Positions 55,301 to 64,000 of a stretch of DNA of 64,000 nucleotides are shown here, in pieces. Source of the DNA: Camelus dromedarius (Eukaryota). The notes beneath the pieces are model-generated. The model ran no database searches. It saw only the letters and a list, made by a program, of their open reading frames with translations, and had not been told where the DNA came from. Numbering within the stretch: the first letter of the stretch is position 1; each line of letters begins with the position of its first letter. Position numbers and translations under genes: made by a program. The stretch is from positions 3,286,001-3,350,000 of the forward strand of contig NC_087436.1 in assembly GCF_036321535.1 (NCBI RefSeq), read 5' to 3'.

Positions 55301-58300
55301 TCCCAATAAGCTAGGTGAAGTACAGCTTTCACACACACTTATCTCTCAGAACTGAGCATGTGGAGAGACGTTCGTACATCTAGCACAAAGGGAACGGGTT
55401 GCAGGAGAAACTTTTACTCTGGTTTCTCAGTCTGTTTCCTAGTTCCGGTTTGAAGTTCCTGCAGTTTTCACTGTAAAACCGAGGTGCAGCTAGTACCTCC
55501 ACTTATATATGTAGGAGTGGAGTTTGCAACTGAAAAGAAACTATGTGTTCCCAACAATCAATGTGAAGGACGGCTTTCACACACACTTATCTCTCAGAAC
55601 TGAGCATGTGGAGATACTTTCGTTCATCTAGCAGAAAGGGAACGGGTTGCAGGAGATACTTTTACTCTGGTTTCTCAGTCTGTTTCCTAGTGCCGGTTTG
55701 AAGTTCCTGCAGTTTTCACTGTAAAACCGAGTTGGAGCTAGTACCTCCCCATATATATGTATGGATTGGAGTTTGCAACTGAAAAGAAACTTTGTGTTCC
55801 CAACAAGCTAGTTGAAGGACGGCTTTCACACACACATTTCTCTCAGAACTGAGCATGTGGAGAGACGTTCGTTCATCTAGCACAAAGGGAACGGGTTGCA
55901 GGAGAAACTTTTACTCTGGTTTCTCAGTCTGTTTCCTAGTGCCGATTTGAAGTTCCTGCAGTTTTCACTGTAAAACCGAGTTGGAGCTTGTAACTCCCCA
56001 TATATATATATGAAGTGGGATTTGCAACTGAAAAGAAACTTTGTGTTTCCAACAAGCTAGGTGAAGGACGGCGTTCACACACATTTATCTCTCAGAACTG
56101 AGCATGTGGAGAGACGTTCGTTCATCTAGCACAAAGGGAACGGATTGCAGGAGAAACTTTTACTCTGGTTTCTCAGTCTGTTTCCTAGTGCTGGTTTGAA
56201 GTTCCTGCAGTTTTCACTGTAAAACCGAGTTGGAGCTAGTACCTCCCCATATATATGTATGGAGTGGAGTTTGCAACTGAAAAGAAACTTTGTGTTCCCA
56301 ACAAGCTAGGTGAAGGACGGCTTCCACACACACTTATCTCTCAGAACACAGCATGTGGAGAGACGTTCGTTCATCTAGCACAAAGGGAACGGGTTGCAGG
56401 AGAAACTTTTACTCTGGTTTCTCAGTCTGTTTCCTAGTGCCGGTTTGAATTTCCTGCAGTTTTCACTGTAAAACCGAGTTGGAGCTAGTACCTCCCCATA
56501 TATATGTATGGAGTGGAGTTTGCAACTGAAAAGAAACTTTGTGTTCCCAACAAGCTAGGTGAAGGACGGCTTTCACACACAGTTATCTCTCAGAACTAAG
56601 CATGTGGAGAGACGTTCGTTCATCTAGCACAAAGGGAACGGGTTGCAGGAGAAACTTTTACTCTGGTTTCTCAGTCTGTTTCCTAGTGCCGGTTTGAAGT
56701 TCCTGCAGTTTTCTCAGTAAAACCGAGTTGGAGCTAGTACCTCCCCATATAAACGTATGGAGTGGAGTTTGCAACTGAAAAAAAACTTTGTGTTCCCAAC
56801 AAGCTAGATGAAGTACGGCTTTCACACACACTTATCTCTCAGAATTGAGCATCTAGAGGGACGTTCTTTCATCTAGCACAAAGGGAACGGGTTGCAGGGG
56901 AAAATTTTACACTGGTTTCTCAGTCTTTTTCCTAGTGAAGGTTTGAAGTTCCTGCAGTTTTCACTGTAAAACCGTGTTGGAGAGAGTAACTCCCCATGTA
57001 TATGTATGGAGTGGAGTTTGCAACTGAAAAGAAACTTTGTGTTCCCAAGGAGCTAGGTGAAGGACGGCTTTCACACACACTTATCTCTCAGAACTGAGCA
57101 TGTGGAGAGAGGTTCGTTCATCTAGCACAAATGGAACGGTTTGCAGGAGAAACTTTTACTCTGGTTTCTCAGTCTGTTTCCTAGTGCCGGTTTGAAGTTC
57201 CTGCAGTTTTCACTGTAAAATCGAGTTGGAGCTAGTTCCTCCCCATATATATGTATGGAGTGGAGTTTGCAAGTGAAAGGAAACTTTGTGTTCCCAATAA
57301 GCTAGGTGAAGTACAGCTTTCACACACACTTATCTCTCAGAACTGAGCATGTGGAGAGACGTTCGTACATCTAGCACAAAGGGAACGGGTTGCAGGAGAA
57401 ACTTTTACTCTGGTTTCTCAGTCTGTTTCCTAGTTCCGGTTTGAAGTTCCTGCAGTTTTCACTGTAAAACCGAGGTGCAGCTAGTACCTCCACTTATATA
57501 TGTAGGAGTGGAGTTTGCAACTGAAAAGAAACTATGTGTTCCCAACAATCAATGTGAAGGACGGCTTTCACACACACTTATCTCTCAGAACTGAGCATGT
57601 GGAGATACTTTCGTTCATCTAGCAGAAAGGGAACGGGTTGCAGGAGATACTTTTACTCTGGTTTCTCAGTCTGTTTCCTAGTGCCGGTTTGAAGTTCCTG
57701 CAGTTTTCACTGTAAAACCGAGTTGGAGCTAGTACCTCCCCATATATATGTATGGATTGGAGTTTGCAACTGAAAAGAAACTTTGTGTTCCCAACAAGCT
57801 AGTTGAAGGACGGCTTTCACACACACATTTCTCTCAGAACTGAGCATGTGGAGAGACGTTCGTTCATCTAGCACAAAGGGAACGGGTTGCAGGAGAAACT
57901 TTTACTCTGGTTTCTCAGTCTGTTTCCTAGTGCCGGGTTGAAGTTCCTGCAGTTATCACAGCAATAACGAGTTGGAGCTTGTACCTCCCCATATATATGT
58001 ATGGAGTGGGGTTTGCAACTGAAAAGAATCTTTGTGTTCCCAACAAGCTATGTGAAGGACGGCTTCACACACACTTATCTCTCAGAACTGGACATGGGGA
58101 GAAACGTTCGTTCATCTATCACAAATGGAATGGGTTGCAGGAGAAAGTTTTACTCTGGTTTCTCAGTCTGTTTCCTAGTGCCGGTTTGAAGTTCCTGCAG
58201 TTTTCACTGTAAAACCGAGTTGGAGCTAGTACCTCCCCATATATATGTATGGAGTGGAGTTTGCAACTGAAAAGAAACTATGTGTTCCCAACAAGCTATG

Positions 58301-61300
58301 TGAAGGTCGGCTTTCACACACACTTATCTCTCAGAACTGAGCATGTAGAGAGACGTTCGTTCATCTAGCACAAAGGGAACGGGTTACAGGAGAAACTTTT
58401 ACTTTGGATTCTCAGTCTGTTTCCTAGTGCCGGTTTGAAGTTCCTGCAGTTTTCTCAGTAAAACCGAGTTGGAGCTACTACCTCCCCATAAAAACGTATG
58501 GAGTGGAGTTTGCAACTGAAAAAAAACTTTGTGTTCCCAACAAGCCAAATGAAGGACGGCTTTCACACACACTTATCTCTCAGAAATGAGCATCTAGAGG
58601 GACGTTCTTTCATCTAGCAAAAAGGGAACGGGTTACAGGGGAAAATTTTTCTCTGGTTTCTCAGTCTTTTTCCTAGTGAAGGTTTGAAGTTCCTGCAGTT
58701 TTCACTGTAAAACCGTGTTGGAGATAGTAACTCCCCATATATATGTATGGAGTGGTGTTTGCAACTGAAAAGAAACTTTGTGTTCCCAAGAAGCTAGGTG
58801 AAGTACGGCTTTCACACACACTTATCTCTCAGAACTGAGCATGTTGAGAGACGTTCGTTCATCTAGCACAAATGGAACGGGTCGCAGGAGAAACATTTAC
58901 TCTGGTTTCTCAGTCTGTTTCCTAGTGCCGGTTTGAAGTTCCTGCAGTTTTCACTGTAAAATCGAGTTTGAGCTAGTTCCTCCCCATATATATGTATGGA
59001 GTGGAGTTTGCAACTGAAAAGAAACTATGTGTTCCCAACAAGCTATGTGAAGGACGGCTTTCACACACTTTAATCTCTCAGAACTGAGCATGTGGAGAGA
59101 CTTTCGTTCATCTAGCACAAAGGGAACGGGTTGCAGGAGAAACTTTTACTCTGGTTTCTCAGTCTGTTTCCTAGTGCCGGGTTGAAGTTCCTGCAGATAT
59201 CACTGTAAAACCGATTTGGAGCTAGTACCTCCCCATATAAATGTATGGACTGGAATTTGCAACTGAAAAGAAACTTTGTGTTCCCAACAAGGTAGTTGAA
59301 GGCGGCTTTCACACACACTTATCTCTCAGAACTGAGCATGTGGAGAGACGTTCGTTCATCTAGCACAAAGGGAATGGGTTGCAGGAGAAACTTTTACTCT
59401 GGTTTCTCAGTCTGTTTCCTAGTGCCGGTCTGATGTTCCTGCAGTTTTCACTGTAAAACCGTGTTAGAGCTAGTACCTACCCATATATATGTATGGAGTG
59501 GAGTTTGCAACTGAAAAGAAACTTTGTGTTCCCAACAAGCTAGGTGAAGGACGGCTTTCATAAACACATATCTCTCATAACAGAGCATGTGTAAAGACGT
59601 TCGTACATCTAGCACAAATGGAACGGTTTGCAGGGGAAACTTTTACTCTGGTTTCTCAGTCTGTTTCCTACTGCCGGTTTGATGTTCCTGCAGTTTTCAC
59701 TGTAAAACCGTGTTGGAGCTAGTAAATCCCCATATATATGTATGGAGTGGAGTTTGCAACTGAGAAGAAACTTTGTGTTCCCAACAAGCTAGGTGAAGGA
59801 CGGCTTTCACACACACTTATCTCTCAGAACTGAGCATGTTTAGAGACGTTCGTTCATCTAGCACAAAGTGTATGGGTTGCCGGAGAAACTTTTACTCTGG
59901 TTTCTCATTCTGTTTCCTAGTGCCGGTTTGAAGTTCCTGCAGTTATCACTGTAAAACTGAGATGGAGCTAGTACCTGCCCATATATATGTATGGAGTGGA
60001 GTTTGCAACTGAAAAGAAACTTTGTGTTCCCAACAAGCTAGGTGAAAGATGGCTTTCACACACATTTATCTCTCAGAAATGAGCATGTGGAGAGAAGTTC
60101 GTTCATCTAGCACAAAGGGAACGGGTTGCAGGGGAACTTTTACTCTGGTTTCACAGTCTGTTTCCTAGTGCCGGTTTGAAGTTACTGCAGTTTTCACTGT
60201 AAAGCAAATTTGGGGCTAGTTGTTCCCCATATAAATGTATGGAGTGGGGTTTGAAACTGAAAAGAAACTTTGTGTTCCCAACAATCTAGGTAAAGGACGG
60301 CTTTCACACACACTTATCTCTCAGAACTGAGCATGTGGAAAGACGTTCGTTCATCTAGCACAAAGGGAACGGATACAGGAGAAACTTTTACTCTGGTTTC
60401 TCAATCTGTTTCCTAGTGCCGGTTTGAAGTTCCTGCAGTTTTCACTGTAAAACCGAGTTGGAGCTAGAACCTCCCCATATATATGTATGGAGTGGAGTTA
60501 GCAAATGAAAAGAAGCTTTGTGTTCCCAACAAGCTAGGTGAAGGACGGCTTTCACACACACTTATCTCTCAGAACTGAGCATGTGGAGAGACATTCGTTC
60601 ATCTAGCACAAAGGGAACGGGATGAAGGAGAAACTTTTACTCTGGTTTGTCAGTCTGTTTCCTAGTGCCGGTTTGAAGTTCCTGCAGTTTTCACTGTAAA
60701 ACCGAGTTGGAGCTAGTACCTCCCCATATATATGTATGGATTGGAGTTTGCAAGTGAAAAGGAACTTTGTGTTCCCAACAATCTAGGTGAAGGACGACTT
60801 TCACACACACTTATCTCTCAGAACAGAGCATGTGTAGAGACGTTCTTTCATATAGCACAAAGGGAACGGCTGGCAGGAGAAACTGTTACTCTGGTTTCTC
60901 AGTCTGTTTCCTAGTGCCGGTTTGAAGTTCCTGCAGTTTTCTCAATAAAACCGAGTTGGAGCTAGTACCTCCCCATATAAACGTATGGAGTGGGGTTTGC
61001 AACTGAAAAAAAACTTTGTGTTCCCAACAAGCTAGATGAAGGACGGCTTTCACACACACATATCTCTCAGAACTGAGCATGTGGAGAGACGTTCGTTCAT
61101 CTAGCAAAAAGGGAACGGGTTGCAGGAGAAACTTTTACTCTGGTTTCTCAGACTTTTTCTAGTGCCAGTTTGTAGTTCCTGCAGATATCACTGTAAAACC
61201 GCGTTGGAGCTTGTACCTCCCCATATATATGTATGGAGTGGAGTTTTCAACTGAAAACAAACTTTGTGTTCCCAACAAGCTAGGTTAAGGACGGCTTTCA

Positions 61301-64000
61301 AACATACTTATCTCTCAGAAATGAGCATCTGGAGGGACGTTATTTCATCTAGCACAAATTGAACGGTTTGCAGGGGAAAATTTTACTCTGTTTTCTCAAG
61401 TCTGTTTCCAAGTGAAGGTTTGATGTTCCTGCAGTTTTCACTATAAAACCGTGTTGGAGCTAGTAACTCCCCATATATATTTATGGAGTGGAGTTTGAAA
61501 CTGAAAAGAAACTATGTGTTCCCAACAAGCTATGTGAAGGACGGCATTCACACACACTTATCTCTCAGAACTGAGCATGTGGAGAGACGTTCGTTCATCT
61601 AGCACAAAGGGAACGGGTTGCAGGAGAAACTTTTACTCTGGTTTCTCAGTCTGTTTCCTAGTGCCGGTTTGAAGTTCCTGCAGTTTTCAATGTAAAACCG
61701 TGTTGGAGCTAGCACGTCCACATATAGATGTATGGAGTGGAGTTGGCAACTGAAAAGAAACTTTGTTTTCCCAACAAGCTTTGAAGGAAGGCTTTCACAC
61801 ACACTTTTCTCTCAGAACTGAGCATGTGGAGAGACGTTCGTTCTTCTAGCACAAAGGGAACGGGATGCAGGGGAAACTTATACTCTGGTTTCTCAGTCTG
61901 TTTCCTAGTGCCGTTTTGAAGTTCCTGCAGATATCACTGTAAAACCGATTTGGAGCTAGTACCTCCCCATATAAATATATGGATTGCAGTTTGCAACTGA
62001 AAAGAAATTTTGTGTTCCCAACATGTTATGTGAAGGACCGCTTTCACACACAATTTTCTCTCAAAACTGAGCATGTGGAGAGACGTTCGTTTATCTAGCA
62101 CAAAGGGAAAGGGTTGAAGGAGAAACTATTACCTTGGTTTCTCAGTCTGTTTCCTAGTGCCGGTTTGAAGTTCCTGCAGTATTCACTGTAAAACCGAGTT
62201 GGAACTAGTACCTCCCCATATATATGTATGGGGTGGAGTTTGCAACTGAAAAGAAACTTTGTGTTCCCAACAAGCTAGGTGAAAGACGGCTTTCATACTC
62301 ACTTATCTCTCAGAACTGAGCATGTGTAGAGACGTTCGTACATCTAGCACAAATGGAACGGTTTGCAGGGGAAACTTTTACTCTGGTTTCTCAGTCTGTT
62401 TCCTACTGCCGGTTTGTTGTTCCTGCAGTTTCACTGTAAAACCGAGTTGGAGCTAGTACCTCCCCATATATATATATGGAGTGGGGTTTGAAACTGAAAA
62501 GAAACTTTGTGTTCCCAACAATCTAGGTGAAGGACAGCTTTCACACACACTTATCACTCAGAACTGAGCATGTGGAGAGAAGATCTTTCATCTAGCACAA
62601 AGGGAACGGGTTGCAGGAGAAACTTTTACTTTGGTTTCTCAGTCTGTTTCCTAGTGCCGGTTTGAAGTTCCTGCAGTTTTCTCAGTAAAACCGAGTTGGA
62701 GCTAGTACCTCCCCATAAAAACGTATGGAGTGGAGTTTGCAACTGAAAAAAAACTTTGTGTTCCCAACAAGCTAGATGAAAGACGGCTTTCACACACACT
62801 TATCTCTCAGAAATGAGCATCTAGAGGGACGTTCTTTCATCTAGCAAAAAGGGAACGGGTTGCAGGGGAAAATTTTACTCTGGTTTCTCAGTCTTTTTCC
62901 TAGTGAAGGTTTTAAGTTAATGCAGTTTTCACTGTAAAACCGAGTTGCAGCTACTACCTCCACATATATATGTAGGATTGGAGTTTGCAACTGAAAAGAA
63001 TCTATGTGTTCCCAACAATCAATGTGAAGGACGGCTTTCACACACACTTATCTCTCAGAACTGAGCATGTGGAGAGACTTTCGTTCATCTAGCACAAAGG
63101 GATCGGGTTGCAGGAGATACTTTTACTCTGGTTTCTCAGTCTGTTTCCTAGTGCCGGTTTGAAGTTCCTGCAGTTTTCACTGTAAAACCGAGTTGGAGCT
63201 AGTACGTCCCCATATATATGTATGGAGTGGAGTTTGCAACTGAATAGAAACTTTGTGTTCCCAACAAGCTAGTTGAAGAACGGCTTTCACAACACATTTC
63301 TCTCAGAACTGAGCATGTGGAGAGACGTTCGTTCATCTAGTACAAAGAGAACGGGTTGCAAGAGAAAGTTTTACTCTGGTTTCTCAGTCTGTTTCCTAGT
63401 GCCGGGTTGAAGTTCCTGCAGTTTTCACAGCAATAACGAGTTGGAGCTTGTACCTCCCCATATATATGTATGGAGTGGGGTTTGCAACTGAAAAGAATCT
63501 TTGTGTTCCCAACAAGCTATGTGAAGTACGGCTTTCACACACACTTATCTCTCAGAACTGGACATGGGGAGAGACTTTCGTTCATCTATCACAAATGGAA
63601 TGGGTTGCAGGTGAAACTTTTACTCTGGTTTCTCAGTCTGTTTCCTAGTGCCGGTTTGAAGTTCCTGCAGTTTTCACTGTAAAACCGAGTTGGAGCTAGT
63701 ACCTCCCCATATATATGTTGGAGTGGAGTTAGCAACTGAAAAGAAACTATGTGTTCCCAACAAGCTATGTGAAGGGCGGCTTTCACACACACTTATCTCT
63801 CAGAAATGAGCATGTGGAGAGACGTTCGTTCATCTAGCACAAAGGGAACGGGTTGCAGGAGAAACTTTTACTTTCGTTTCTCAGTCTGTTTCCTACTGCC
63901 GGTTTGAAGTTCCTGCAGTTTTCTCAGTAAAACCGAGTTGGAGCTAGAACCTCCTCATAAAAACTTATAGAGTGGAGTTTGCAACTGAAAAGAAACTTTG
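46350..64000 (+). repeat. Long-range (~13 kb, 52-54 monomer offset) duplication: ~46350-50550 vs ~59530-64000
   Basis: AAACACATATCTCTCATAACAGAGCATGTGTAAAGAC at 46381/59562 (13181); AGCATGTTTAGAG at 46901/59833 (12932); ORFs 47799/60732 (12933); ATATGTTGGAGTGGAGTTAGC at 50281/63713 (13432); CCTCATAAAACTTATA at ~50521/63953. Confidence 0.88.
52400..57930 (+). repeat. 8-monomer periodicity (1991 bp): three related blocks, the last two near-identical (~54700-55930 vs ~56690-57920)
   Basis: TTTGAAGGGGAAAATTTT at 52411/54402; GAGGTGCAGC at 55481/57472; GGAGAGAGTAACTCCCC and CCCAAGGAGCT in all three blocks. Confidence 0.88.

Larger units (their letters stand above)
1..64000 (+). repeat. Tandem satellite DNA array, 249-bp monomer, ~257 head-to-tail copies; probably (peri)centromeric satellite of a eukaryote; extends beyond both window edges
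   Basis: Consensus CAGTTTTCACTGTAAAACCGAGTTGGAGCTAGTACCTCCCCATATATATGTATGGAGTGGAGTTTGCAACTGAAAAGAAACTTTGTGTTCCCAACAAGCTAGGTGAAGGACGGCTTTCACACACACTTATCTCTCAGAACTGAGCATGTGGAGAGACGTTCGTTCATCTAGCACAAAGGGAACGGGTTGCAGGAGAAACTTTTACTCTGGTTTCTCAGTCTGTTTCCTAGTGCCGGTTTGAAGTTCCTG recurs every ~247-251 bp from first to last base with scattered substitutions and 1-2 bp indels. The centromeric assignment is inference only. Confidence 0.98.

Noticed and set aside
164..63792. Many 60-95 aa ORFs on both strands (e.g. MCVKAVLHLACWEHK..., MYGVEFATEKKLCVPNKLGEGR...)
   Set aside because: They are translations of the satellite monomer. They open and close with random substitutions and frameshifts, occur in several frames, and show no recognisable domain or gene structure. 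249 being a multiple of 3 does not give a continuous ORF because stops recur in each monomer.
1..64000. CRISPR array or prokaryotic repeat-spacer system
   Set aside because: No unique spacers and no cas genes; the full 249 bp is repeated.
1..64000. Primate alpha satellite or mouse major satellite identity (CTCAGAA and TGCAAGTG words resemble alphoid sequence)
   Set aside because: Wrong monomer length and only short word matches; no colinear similarity that I can support.
1..64000. Tandem 5S rRNA, tRNA or snRNA gene cluster
   Set aside because: No recognisable 5S, tRNA cloverleaf or snRNA sequence in the monomer. The GTTCG word lacks a proper B-box/T-arm context.
1..64000. Transposon insertions, inversions or telomeric repeats interrupting the array
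   Set aside because: None seen; every stretch read matches the monomer in the same orientation.

Overview
The whole 64 kb window is one uninterrupted, head-to-tail tandem satellite DNA array with a 249-bp monomer (~257 copies, ~45% GC by hand count of the consensus), all in the same orientation. I see no genes, RNA genes, transposon insertions or inversions. The ORF track is an artefact of translating the repeat. The size, purity and higher-order organisation are typical of eukaryotic (peri)centromeric satellite, but I cannot name the family or the species. The informative structure lies in the variants. There are three variant domains: ~1-34 kb with a 15/16-mer higher-order repeat overlaid by nested 19-, 27-, 17-, 14- and 3-monomer-offset duplications; ~34-41 kb with 3/5/8/9-mer spacings; and ~46-64 kb with an 8-mer plus a ~13 kb duplication. 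Diverged monomeric stretches separate them, and every rearrangement I traced is in register with the monomer. The monomer looks like an ancient dimer of ~124-bp halves, is rich in short inverted repeats and lacks a canonical CENP-B box. I found no evidence for a novel protein-coding system. Breakpoints were located by eye and are approximate (tens of bp).
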